A stretch of 64,000 nucleotides of DNA, taken from positions 732-64,731 of the forward strand of contig JBPXJV010000011.1 of the NCBI GenBank assembly GCA_051715485.1. Direction: 5' to 3'. Numbering within the stretch: position 1 is the first letter of the stretch; every line of letters begins with the position of its first letter. The position numbers and the translations under genes were made by a program. The DNA comes from Chitinophagales bacterium (GTDB lineage: Bacteria; Bacteroidota; Bacteroidia; Chitinophagales; Chitinophagaceae). A model generated the notes under the pieces. That model did not search any database. It was given only the letters and a program-made list of their open reading frames with translations, and was not told the origin of the DNA. Positions 20,700-29,940 of this stretch are shown one piece after another.

Positions 20700-22667
20700 G
20701 TGAAACAGTTAAGAAATTTTTTACTTAAAAATAGAATTGCACCAAAGTGGGCTGTTTTTGGTTTGGATATGTTGATTGCATGTTTTGCCATTATTTATGC
20801 AAATTACTTACGATTTAATTTTGATTTTGCTCTCATAACAACAGCAGATTTAATTGATGATTTACTAATTGTAATTGCAACAAACTCTATCTTATTTTAT
20901 GCCTTTAAAACATATCAAGGTATCATAAGATTTTCAGGTTTTCAAGAAGCATTTAGAAGTGTGGCTGCCATATTTTATTCATTCTTTATTATGGTGGTTA
21001 TTAATATTGTACTAAGTTCATTTCACTTACGTCAATTAACACCAATATCTGTTTTATTTATATACTTTTTTATTGCATCATTTCTATTATTTGGTTATAG
21101 ACTTTTAGTAAAACACTTATACAGCATTAGTGTAAACAATGAAGAAAATGCACATGTTGTAATTTATGGAGCAGGACAAAATGGTTCTGTTTTAAAGAAA
21201 ACAATAGAACAAACATCTAACAATAGATATAAAATAATTGCTTTTATAGATGATGATGAAAATTTAGTTGGTAAAACTATTGATACCATTAAAATTTTGC
21301 CATTTAATCAATTAAGTGCAGTTATAAAAAGTTGGCAAATAAAAACATTGTTTTTTGCTAAACAAGATTTTGATTTAGATGAAAAAAATAAAGTAGTTGA
21401 TTTCTGCTTAGAAAGTAATATTAAAGTGTTAAACATTCCTCCAATGAAGGAATGGATTCAAGGACACTTAAATGTAAATCAATTAAAAGAAGTAAAAATT
21501 GAAGAGCTTTTAGGACGTAAACAAATTAGTCTTAAAAATGAACACGTCATCAATCATTTAAGAGATAAAAAAATTCTTATTACTGGTGCAGCTGGTTCAA
21601 TAGGTAGTGAGTTAGCAAGACAAATAGCCAGTGTTTATCCTTCTTCATTAATAATTTGCGATCAAACAGAAACTGGTTTATACGAATTAGAATATGAACT
21701 ACAGCAAAAATATAGTATAGGTAATGCACTAAAAGTTTATTTAGGCGATGTAAAAGATGAAAGCTCAATGCGTAATCTTTTCACTTACTATACTCCAGAA
21801 GTTGTATTTCATGCAGCAGCCTATAAACATGTACCAATGATGGAAAACCATCCATCAGAAGCTATTAGAAATAATGTATTAGGTACAAAAATGGTGGCAG
21901 ATTTATCAGAAGAATTTGGTGTTGAAAAAATGGTTTTAGTTTCTACCGATAAAGCCATTAACCCAACTAATGTAATGGGTGCTTCAAAAAGAATTGCAGA
22001 AATTTATTGTCAATCATTACATAAAAGAGAAGAATTACCTGTGTGGGATGAAGGTATTGTGCAAATGAAAGCTAATAATAAACGTACTCGTTTTATTACT
22101 ACAAGATTTGGAAATGTATTAGGTTCAAATGGTTCGGTAATTCCAAGATTTCAAGAACAAATTGCCAATGGTGGTCCTGTTACTGTAACTCACCCAGATA
22201 TTATTAGATACTTTATGACCATACCAGAAGCTTGCTCTTTAGTACTTGAAGCAGGCACTCTTGGACATGGTGGAGAAGTATTTTTATTTGATATGGGCGA
22301 ACCAATGAAAATTTTAGACCTTGCTAAAAAAATGATACGATTGGCTGGCTTAATATCAGGAAAAGATATTGAACTTCGTTTTACAGGATTAAGACCAGGT
22401 GAAAAATTATTTGAAGAATTATTAAATAAAGAAGAAGAAGTTATTCCTACTCACAATAAAAAAATTCTCATTGCAAAAGTTGTTGAATATGATTTTGCAA
22501 AAATTTCTGAAAGCATTAATTCACTTATAGAACTTGCAAAAGAAAATAAAGACGAAGCTGTTGTAAAACAAATGAAACGCATTGTTCCAGAATACATCAG
22601 CAATAACTCTATTTATGAAAGTATAGATGCTCAAATGTTCAAACCTTTATATTCTGCAACAAGGTAA
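20700..22667 (+). CDS. capD: Polysaccharide biosynthesis protein CapD/WbpM/PglF (membrane-anchored UDP-HexNAc 4,6-dehydratase)
   Basis: GTG start. N-terminal TM helices, GAAGSIGSEL Rossmann motif, AAAYKHVP (YxxxK). Confidence 0.85.
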   Translation: MKQLRNFLLKNRIAPKWAVFGLDMLIACFAIIYANYLRFNFDFALITTADLIDDLLIVIATNSILFYAFKTYQGIIRFSGFQEAFRSVAAIFYSFFIMVVINIVLSSFHLRQLTPISVLFIYFFIASFLLFGYRLLVKHLYSISVNNEENAHVVIYGAGQNGSVLKKTIEQTSNNRYKIIAFIDDDENLVGKTIDTIKILPFNQLSAVIKSWQIKTLFFAKQDFDLDEKNKVVDFCLESNIKVLNIPPMKEWIQGHLNVNQLKEVKIEELLGRKQISLKNEHVINHLRDKKILITGAAGSIGSELARQIASVYPSSLIICDQTETGLYELEYELQQKYSIGNALKVYLGDVKDESSMRNLFTYYTPEVVFHAAAYKHVPMMENHPSEAIRNNVLGTKMVADLSEEFGVEKMVLVSTDKAINPTNVMGASKRIAEIYCQSLHKREELPVWDEGIVQMKANNKRTRFITTRFGNVLGSNGSVIPRFQEQIANGGPVTVTHPDIIRYFMTIPEACSLVLEAGTLGHGGEVFLFDMGEPMKILDLAKKMIRLAGLISGKDIELRFTGLRPGEKLFEELLNKEEEVIPTHNKKILIAKVVEYDFAKISESINSLIELAKENKDEAVVKQMKRIVPEYISNNSIYESIDAQMFKPLYSATR

Positions 22668-22679
22668 TATTATCTATCA

Positions 22680-23420
22680 ATGTTCGATTTCTTAAAAAGA
22701 TCTAAGGCAAATCCTGACCTTTCTTTTATTGGTGCAGATATGCACTCTCATTTATTGCCCAATTTAGATGATGGTTCTAAATCAATGGAAGATACTTTGC
22801 ATTTTATTCAAGAGTTAAACAAACTTGGTTATGAAAAATTAATTTGTACACCACATATTCTTTCATCTGTTCATCCTAATACGCCACAAACAATTTTGCC
22901 ACGATTAGCTGAAGTACAACAAGCTTTACATGAAAATAATATTAAAGTAAAAATTGAAGCTGCTGCTGAGTATATGGTTGATTACGATTTTGAGCAACTA
23001 TTAAAAAGTGGTGATGAATTACTCACTTTTGGAAAAAATTTTATCTTAATTGAAATGTCTTATTTAGCACCATCGCCTAATATAGGACAAGTAATTTTTG
23101 ACCTTCGATTAAGAGGATTGCAACCCATTATTGCACATCCAGAAAGATATAATTATTATCATCATCAATTTAATCAATACAAAGTATTTAAAGACAAAGG
23201 CTGTTGGCTACAAGTAAATTTATTATCTCTTGCAGGTTATTATGGAAAGCCTATTAAAAAAGTTGCAGAAAAATTAATTGCAGAAGGAATGATTGATTTA
23301 ATTGGTACAGATATGCACCATATCAATCACTTAAATGCAACAAAACAATTAGCTTTAGACCCTAAGTTTTATAAGATTTTAAAAGATACTCCACTAAAAA
23401 ACAGAATGTTTATTGATTAA
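22680..23420 (+). CDS. PHP-family protein-tyrosine phosphatase (CpsB/YwqE type)
   Basis: DMHSHLLPNLDDG, HPERY and GTDMHH metal-binding motifs. Confidence 0.8.
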   Translation: MFDFLKRSKANPDLSFIGADMHSHLLPNLDDGSKSMEDTLHFIQELNKLGYEKLICTPHILSSVHPNTPQTILPRLAEVQQALHENNIKVKIEAAAEYMVDYDFEQLLKSGDELLTFGKNFILIEMSYLAPSPNIGQVIFDLRLRGLQPIIAHPERYNYYHHQFNQYKVFKDKGCWLQVNLLSLAGYYGKPIKKVAEKLIAEGMIDLIGTDMHHINHLNATKQLALDPKFYKILKDTPLKNRMFID

Positions 23421-23589
23421 ACAAAAGCAATTCTTTGCTATTCAAAAACACCAACTTTTATCTTCATTACTCTCCTCCAAAAGAATCTATTAGTACAAAA
23501 CCTACAAAGAACAATGCTATAATAACAAGAGATACTCAACAGAAACTGTTCATCTTACTTTTGATAATACCTTGTTATGCAATGCTATG

Positions 23590-24888
23590 TTATAATTTAT
23601 ATCTTTTTAGCGAGTTTTCAAAAGTAGAAGATTTTACAAAGTTTTGTTTTTGTTTGTTCACTTGAATGATTTCTAAAAATCCTAATTCAACCAACGATTT
23701 TAAATCTGTTCTTGCTGTATAATTTGATACATTAAATCTTGATTCAATTTCTTTAGCATTCAGAATTCTATCAGAGTCATCATGTACTATTTTTAATATT
23801 TGTGCCATTCTATCATTTACTCCTGGTATTTTCATAAACTTCGCTGCTTGGAATACTTCTTTTTGTTTGCGATTGATGTAATCTTTTAATGCATGAAATG
23901 CTTTTTCCATTGTTTTGATATGATAAGAAATAAAATAAGTCAAATCATTTTCATCTATTTCAGTGTATAGATATGCTTTTTCATATTGAGACTTTGTATC
24001 TTTAATAATTCTTGAAATAGATAAATATTCTGTTAACCAATATCCTTTTTTAAGCATATACCAATAAAATACAGCTCTTGCAGTTCGACCATTTCCATCT
24101 GTAAAAGGATGTATCCATCCAATCATAAAATGAATAATACAACCTTTAATTATTGGATGAATAAATTCTTCACTCTCGGTATTAAAAAATATACATAAAT
24201 CACTTATTAGCCTTGTAATGTTTGATTGTAAAGGTGGTGTATAGAATATTTCACTATTAGCATAATTTACTACTCTTACATCGTCATTATCTCTGAATTT
24301 ACCTTCATCTTCTGTATCTTCTAATGTACTATTTGTTATTAGTTTATGAATGTATAATAAATTTTCTGCAGTCAAATCCTCATTTTTATGTTGAACAATA
24401 TATTTCATAGTAATGAAATTGTTCAAAATCATTTGTTCAGATTTATTTTTAGGTTTTTTGTGTTGCTGAATCATTTCTTTAGCTTTTTTTCTAGTAGTTA
24501 TAGCCCCTTCCATTTGACTACTGGAAATAGCCTCTTCCATTATAGAACTAATAATAAACTTCGTTTTATCAGTTTCTGCAATACCTATGTTACTTCCTAA
24601 ATTTCCACCTATATGCAAATCCAATTGATGTAAAGATTTTTGTATATAATCTGTTATTATATAGTGAAAGTTATAAGAATGGAAGTTGACTCTTTTGCTC
24701 CTCAAAAATCGAAACTGTTTTACAGCACTCCATAGTTCCAATGGTGAACAATCTTTTGTTTTATATTTTATTTTATCCCAATATAAATACTCATCTTGTA
24801 TTTTTTGTAGATTTCCATTCATCTGAAGCTTAACCATTAGTGGTATTGTTTGGTCAGTTTTTTCTATTTGAGGTGCTTGTTCAATCAT
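23590..24888 (-). CDS. Fic family protein (putative AMPylase) with N-terminal inhibitory motif and C-terminal wHTH
   Basis: Fic motif HPFTDGNGRTARA. (S/T)xxxE(G/N)-like SSQMEG lies upstream of the core. C-terminal part is DNA-binding-like. Confidence 0.85.
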   Translation of the reverse strand: MIEQAPQIEKTDQTIPLMVKLQMNGNLQKIQDEYLYWDKIKYKTKDCSPLELWSAVKQFRFLRSKRVNFHSYNFHYIITDYIQKSLHQLDLHIGGNLGSNIGIAETDKTKFIISSIMEEAISSSQMEGAITTRKKAKEMIQQHKKPKNKSEQMILNNFITMKYIVQHKNEDLTAENLLYIHKLITNSTLEDTEDEGKFRDNDDVRVVNYANSEIFYTPPLQSNITRLISDLCIFFNTESEEFIHPIIKGCIIHFMIGWIHPFTDGNGRTARAVFYWYMLKKGYWLTEYLSISRIIKDTKSQYEKAYLYTEIDENDLTYFISYHIKTMEKAFHALKDYINRKQKEVFQAAKFMKIPGVNDRMAQILKIVHDDSDRILNAKEIESRFNVSNYTARTDLKSLVELGFLEIIQVNKQKQNFVKSSTFENSLKRYKL

Positions 24889-24922
24889 TTATACAAAAGA
24901 ATTATAATATTCAAATATAAGT

Positions 24923-24959
24923 AAAAACCACGAGATTTTATTAAAATCTCGTGGTTTTT
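24923..24959 (-). terminator. Palindromic intrinsic terminator downstream of tgt
   Basis: AAAAACCACGAGATTTTA / TAAAATCTCGTGGTTTTT near-perfect palindrome with A/T runs on both sides, 120 nt after the tgt stop. Confidence 0.5.
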
Positions 24960-25078
24960 AATGGTTGATGATTTTAAAATACTGATACTTAATGATTTGG
25001 ATACTTAGTGAAGTAGCGACTTATCCACTAAATTTCAATAGAAGAACGAAATGTATAGTCCTAAAAGTTGATAGTTTT

Positions 25079-26212
25079 TTATAATCTCTGTTTTATAATA
25101 GGCAAAATATCTTTCTTCCAAGTAGTAAAATGATTTTTCAAAATTTGTTTTCTTGCTTCACCAACTAGCCATAAATAAAATGATAAGTTTTGTAAACTGG
25201 CTAATTGTAAACCTAAAATTTCATTAGCAGCAAATAAGTGTCTTAAATATGCTTTAGAATAATAATTACTTATTTCAGAAGGTAAATTTTTATCAATGGG
25301 CGAAAAATCTTTAGCCCATTTTTTATTTTTAATATTGATTACACCTTCTGTAGTAAAAATCATTCCATTTCTTCCATTACGTGTTGGCATTACACAATCA
25401 AACATATCAATACCGTGAGAGATACATTCTAAAATATCCCAAGGAGTTCCTACACCCATTAAATAACGAGGCTTTTGTTCTGGCAAATTTTCACAACAAA
25501 ATTCTGTAAACTCATACATCATTTCCATTGGTTCGCCTACGCTTAAACCACCAATTGCATTACCTACTGCATTAATACTACTAATATATTCGCAAGAAAC
25601 TTTTCTTAAATCTTTATAAGTACCACCTTGAACAATAGGAAATAAATTTTGTGTATAACCATATTTATCAGGTGTTTCAGCCAATCTGTTTACACATCTT
25701 TGCAACCAGCGATGAGTTAGTTCCATACTTTTTTTTGCATAAGCATATTCACTTGGATAAGGTGGACATTCATCAAAAGCCATAATAATATCAGCCCCAA
25801 TACTTCTTTCAATATCCATTACTTTTTCTGGTGTAAATAAATGTCTGCTTCCATCAATATGGCTTTGAAATAAAACACCTTCTTCTGTAATTTTTCTATT
25901 AGCAGCTAAAGAAAAAACTTGGTATCCGCCACTATCTGTAAGTATGGGTTTATGCCACCCATTAAATTTATGTAAGCCACCAGCAGCCTCTAATACATCA
26001 ATACCTGGTCTTAAATATAAATGATAAGTATTGCCAAGAATAATTTGTGCTTTTACATCTATATTTAATTGTTGTTGAGTAACAGCTTTAACACTTCCCA
26101 CCGTGCCAACAGGCATAAAAATGGGCGTTAAAATTTCTCCATGATCTGTGGTAATTTTTCCTGCTCTTGCCTTTGCTTCTTGTTGCTCTATGATAAAACT
26201 TAATGCTGACAT
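25079..26212 (-). CDS. tgt: tRNA-guanine(34) transglycosylase (queuine tRNA-ribosyltransferase)
   Basis: LTDSGGYQV, GGLSVGE, YLMGVGTPWD and FDCVMPTRNGRNG. Collinear with E. coli Tgt as recalled. Confidence 0.9.
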   Translation of the reverse strand: MSALSFIIEQQEAKARAGKITTDHGEILTPIFMPVGTVGSVKAVTQQQLNIDVKAQIILGNTYHLYLRPGIDVLEAAGGLHKFNGWHKPILTDSGGYQVFSLAANRKITEEGVLFQSHIDGSRHLFTPEKVMDIERSIGADIIMAFDECPPYPSEYAYAKKSMELTHRWLQRCVNRLAETPDKYGYTQNLFPIVQGGTYKDLRKVSCEYISSINAVGNAIGGLSVGEPMEMMYEFTEFCCENLPEQKPRYLMGVGTPWDILECISHGIDMFDCVMPTRNGRNGMIFTTEGVINIKNKKWAKDFSPIDKNLPSEISNYYSKAYLRHLFAANEILGLQLASLQNLSFYLWLVGEARKQILKNHFTTWKKDILPIIKQRL

Positions 26213-26299
26213 AAGTTGGCAAAAGTAATGGTTTCAATAAAAATGATTTTAGTTGAATAGTAAATAATTGCTATACTGATTCATTAAAAATGAAAAGGC

Positions 26300-26307
26300 T
26301 AATTTTG
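26300..26307 (+). promoter_or_regulatory. Bacteroidota -7 promoter box (TAnnTTTG)
   Basis: TAATTTTG lies 11 nt upstream of the first ATG of the yjdM-like gene. Confidence 0.35.
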
Positions 26308-26317
26308 CAACTATAAA

Positions 26318-26671
26318 ATGTATAATCATATGTCAGATGTTTTTAAAACTTGTCCTCAATGTAGTAGTGAGTATGGTTATGAAGTAAATGAAACAACTTA
26401 TGCTTGTCCTGAATGTGGCAATGAATGGAATCCTAATGAAATAATAGATGATGATAAATTAATAGTAAAAGATGCAAATGGTCATTTATTAAATAATGGT
26501 GATACAGTAATTGTTGTTAAAGATTTACCTGTAAAAGGAGCTCCTAAACCATTAAGAGCAGGAACTAAAGTAAAAAACATCAGACTTACAGAAGGAGATC
26601 ATAACATTAGTTGTAAAATTGATGGCTTTGGAGCAATGGCATTAAAATCTGAATATGTAAAAAAGGCTTAG
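26318..26671 (+). CDS. yjdM: Zinc-ribbon protein YjdM/PhnA family
   Basis: CPQC...CPEC zinc ribbon followed by an SH3-like C-terminal domain. The true start may be the ATG at 26330. Confidence 0.8.
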   Translation: MYNHMSDVFKTCPQCSSEYGYEVNETTYACPECGNEWNPNEIIDDDKLIVKDANGHLLNNGDTVIVVKDLPVKGAPKPLRAGTKVKNIRLTEGDHNISCKIDGFGAMALKSEYVKKA

Positions 26672-26693
26672 AAAATTTGTATTAATTATATCG

Positions 26694-26721
26694 CTATGGT
26701 TTGTATCATCACAAACCATAG
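26694..26721. terminator. Hairpin between convergent yjdM and purD (bidirectional terminator candidate)
   Basis: 11-bp perfect stem CTATGGTTTGT / ACAAACCATAG with a 6-nt loop. Confidence 0.45.
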
Positions 26722-26750
26722 TATTTGGCATAATTTCAAATAAAATATTT

Positions 26751-28031
26751 TTATACAAACTCAAATCCAATATCTCTTCTATAATACATTCCTTCAAAAG
26801 AAATTTTTTGTAATGCAGTTGTAGATTTTTTTACAGCTTCTGTAATACTTGAACCTTGTGATGTTACAGCAAGTACACGACCACCATTTGTTACAATTAA
26901 ATCATTTTCTTTTTTTGTTCCTGCATGAAAAATAATGCTATCAACTTGTTGCAATTCATTATTAAAATAAATGGGCAAATTCTTTTTATATTCACCTGGA
27001 TAACCACCACTTACAGCCATTACTGCTGCAAAAAATCCTTCATTATATTCAATAGTTGTATTTTGTAAATTATTTTTTTCCATTGCAACAAAAAGTTCTA
27101 CTAAATCATTTTTCAGTCTTGGCATTACAACTTCTGTTTCAGGGTCTCCCATTCTACAATTATATTCTATAACATAAGGTTCTCCTTGTACATTCATTAA
27201 TCCAAAAAATATAAAACCATTATACATTAAATTTTCTTCTTGTAATCCTTTGATGGTAGGCTTAATAATTTTTTCATCAACCTTTTGCATAAAACTATTA
27301 TTCATAAAAGGTATAGGAGTTACACAGCCCATACCACCAGTGTTTAAGCCTGTTTCAGCTTCTCCAATTCTTTTATAATCTTTTGCATGACCAATAATAG
27401 AATAGTTTTTCCCATTGGTTAAAACAAAAACACTTACTTCAATTCCTTGTAAAAATTGTTCAATAACAACTTTATCAGATGCTGCTCCAAATTGTTGATG
27501 CAGAATCATATCTTCAAAAGTTTGTAATGCTTCATTTGTATTATTACAAATAACTACACCTTTTCCTGCTGCTAAACCATCTGCTTTTAATACAATAGGT
27601 AAGCTATGTTTTAGAATATATTTTTTGCCTTCTTCAAAATTTGCTTTTGTAAATTCTTTATAAGAAGCAGTAGGAATTTTATGTCGTTGCATAAAGTGTT
27701 TACTAAAACTTTTACTTCCTTCTAATTGTGCAGCTTTAGCAGATGGAGCTACAACAATAATATTTTTTAAAGCATCATCGTTTTTATAAAAATCATAAAC
27801 ACCATTTACTAAAGGCTCTTCAGGTCCAACAACAACCATATTAATTTGGTTCGCTTCGCAAAATTGTTTTTGAGCAGAAAAGTCATTTACACCAATTGGT
27901 ACATTTTCTCCAACTAAAGAAGTACCAGCATTACCTGGTGCAATAAATAAATTCTTACACAAAGTACTTTGCTTCATTTTCCATGCAAGAGTATGTTCTC
28001 TACCACCACTACCTAATAAAAGAATATTCAT
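26751..28031 (-). CDS. purD: Phosphoribosylamine--glycine ligase
   Basis: MNILLLGSGGREH N-terminus, ATP-grasp core, 426 aa. Confidence 0.9.
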   Translation of the reverse strand: MNILLLGSGGREHTLAWKMKQSTLCKNLFIAPGNAGTSLVGENVPIGVNDFSAQKQFCEANQINMVVVGPEEPLVNGVYDFYKNDDALKNIIVVAPSAKAAQLEGSKSFSKHFMQRHKIPTASYKEFTKANFEEGKKYILKHSLPIVLKADGLAAGKGVVICNNTNEALQTFEDMILHQQFGAASDKVVIEQFLQGIEVSVFVLTNGKNYSIIGHAKDYKRIGEAETGLNTGGMGCVTPIPFMNNSFMQKVDEKIIKPTIKGLQEENLMYNGFIFFGLMNVQGEPYVIEYNCRMGDPETEVVMPRLKNDLVELFVAMEKNNLQNTTIEYNEGFFAAVMAVSGGYPGEYKKNLPIYFNNELQQVDSIIFHAGTKKENDLIVTNGGRVLAVTSQGSSITEAVKKSTTALQKISFEGMYYRRDIGFEFV

Positions 28032-28193
28032 AATTATAAATTAAAACAAGGCGAAAGTAGTTGTGAATTATTAAAAGATATTTTCAAATTGTTCACTATA
28101 ACCACATCATTAATAATTTTTTTGTTTATGATATAAATATTTCTACTTATTTTCAACCCTTTAAAATTAAAACCTAACGAAAATTAATTGTAT

Positions 28194-29873
28194 ATGAGTC
28201 AAACTACTGCACAGGCAACATCTCATCCTAAAGGTTTATGGGTATTATTTGGAACAGAAATGTGGGAACGTTTCAACTTTTATGGAATGAGGGCATTACT
28301 TACACTGTTCATGATAAATTCATTGGGCATTTTGGAGTCTGAAACTTCTATTATCTATGGGGGTTTTTTAGCACTTTGTTATTTAACTCCTATGCTTGGT
28401 GGGTTTGTTGCTGATAAATATTTAGGCAACAGAAATTGTATTTTAATTGGAGGAACATTAATGGCTATTGGACAATTAGTAATGTTTACAAGTGCCACCA
28501 TTTTTGGAAGTAATTTAGAATTTGCAAAAACACTACTTTGGATTGCATTAGGCATTATCATTTTTGGAAATGGTTTTTTTAAACCAAATATTTCTTCAAT
28601 GGTTGGTAGCTTATATCCTAAGCAAGAAAAAAATAAATTAGATTCAGCCTTCACCATTTTTTATATGGGTATTAATTTGGGTGCTTTTTTAGGACAATTA
28701 ATTTGCCCACTTTTAGGAGATGTAAAAAGTGTTGATGGTATTAGAGATATCCATGCTTTCAGATGGGGCTTTTTAGCTGCTTCTTTTGCAATGCTTTTAG
28801 GAACATTGACTTTTTATTTTCTTAAAAATAAATATGTGGTAACTCCAGAAGGAAGAGCAATTGGAGGTCTTCCAAAACACAATACAGCAGCAGATTTTGA
28901 AGAAGGCGAAGCCCAATCAGCTAACTTTTCTTCAAAAGCTATTGGCATTTCTATTGTTTCCTTTATTGGCTTAGGTTTATTATTTCATTTTGTAGCTGGA
29001 CAAAATGTTGTTTACTCATTAGTATATGCAGCAGGTTTAACCTTAGCTGGTTTAATTATTTCAGATACATCATTAACTAAAATAGAAAGAGACAGAATTT
29101 TAGTAATTTATGTTGTATCATTTTTTGTTATCTTCTTTTGGGCTGCATTTGAGCAAGCTGGATCATCATTAACTTTTATTGCAGATAATCAAACTGACAG
29201 AAATTTCTTTGGTTGGAATATGCCACCTTCTATGGTGCAAATATTTAATGGACTATTTATTGTAGTGTTGGCTGTTCCTTTTAGTATGTTGTGGGACAAG
29301 TTAAGAGGTATTGGCAAAGAGCCAATTTCTCCATTAAAACAATCTTTTGGATTATTAATTATTGCCTTTAGTTATTTTGTTATTGCTCATAATGTAAAAG
29401 ATTTGGGCAACTCTGGTTTATTAGCTATTAAATGGCTAATACTATTATACTTATTACAAACTTGTGCAGAGCTTTGTCTATCTCCAATAGGTCTTTCTTT
29501 GGTTGGTAAATTAGCTCCTAAAAGATTTGCTTCACTTTTGTATGGTGTATTCTTTATATCAAATGCAGCTGGTTATGCACTGGCTGGAACACTTGGTTCT
29601 ATTATGCCTGCAACAGGAGATAAGTTTGTAAAAGCAAATGAATTAGGCATAAACTTGCAAGATGTTTTAGATAAAAAAATAGCACTTACAGCAGAGCAAA
29701 CAAAACTATTAGTAGATAATAAGATTCCAACTGCTAACCACATTTTTGCAGGATTTGAAATTCATAATTTATACGAATTTTTTATGGTGTTTGTGGTATT
29801 GTGTGGAATTGCAGGAATTATTTTAGCATTCATTTCTCCTTTCTTAAAGAAAATGATGCACGGCATTAAATAA
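28194..29873 (+). CDS. POT/PTR2 family di-/tripeptide:proton symporter
   Basis: ExxER motif EMWERFNFYGMR, GGFVADKYLG, FYMGINLGAF. The ORF track's TTG at 28188 is an alternative start. Confidence 0.85.
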   Translation: MSQTTAQATSHPKGLWVLFGTEMWERFNFYGMRALLTLFMINSLGILESETSIIYGGFLALCYLTPMLGGFVADKYLGNRNCILIGGTLMAIGQLVMFTSATIFGSNLEFAKTLLWIALGIIIFGNGFFKPNISSMVGSLYPKQEKNKLDSAFTIFYMGINLGAFLGQLICPLLGDVKSVDGIRDIHAFRWGFLAASFAMLLGTLTFYFLKNKYVVTPEGRAIGGLPKHNTAADFEEGEAQSANFSSKAIGISIVSFIGLGLLFHFVAGQNVVYSLVYAAGLTLAGLIISDTSLTKIERDRILVIYVVSFFVIFFWAAFEQAGSSLTFIADNQTDRNFFGWNMPPSMVQIFNGLFIVVLAVPFSMLWDKLRGIGKEPISPLKQSFGLLIIAFSYFVIAHNVKDLGNSGLLAIKWLILLYLLQTCAELCLSPIGLSLVGKLAPKRFASLLYGVFFISNAAGYALAGTLGSIMPATGDKFVKANELGINLQDVLDKKIALTAEQTKLLVDNKIPTANHIFAGFEIHNLYEFFMVFVVLCGIAGIILAFISPFLKKMMHGIK

Positions 29874-29891
29874 TTTTTTTACCTTATTTTT

Positions 29892-29920
29892 AAAGCGGTG
29901 TATTTGCACCGCTTTTTTTT
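29892..29920 (+). terminator. Rho-independent terminator
   Basis: AAAGCGGTG-TATTTG-CACCGCTTT stem-loop followed by a T-run, 19 nt after the stop. Confidence 0.7.
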
Positions 29921-29940
29921 AAAAATTAATCCTAAACTTT

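Noticed and set aside
23435-23665. 76-aa ORF between the phosphatase gene and fic.
   Set aside because: It uses a non-ATG start, overlaps the 3' end of fic on the other strand, has no motifs, and is probably just a convergent intergenic region.
24889-25078. Intergenic regions scanned for tRNA/ncRNA genes. Other regions scanned were 20471-20699, 33639-33807, 44929-45391 and 55699-56490.
   Set aside because: No cloverleaf-compatible sequence or conserved RNA motif was recognised by eye. Only hairpins and promoter-like boxes were found. A covariance-model scan would be needed to be sure.
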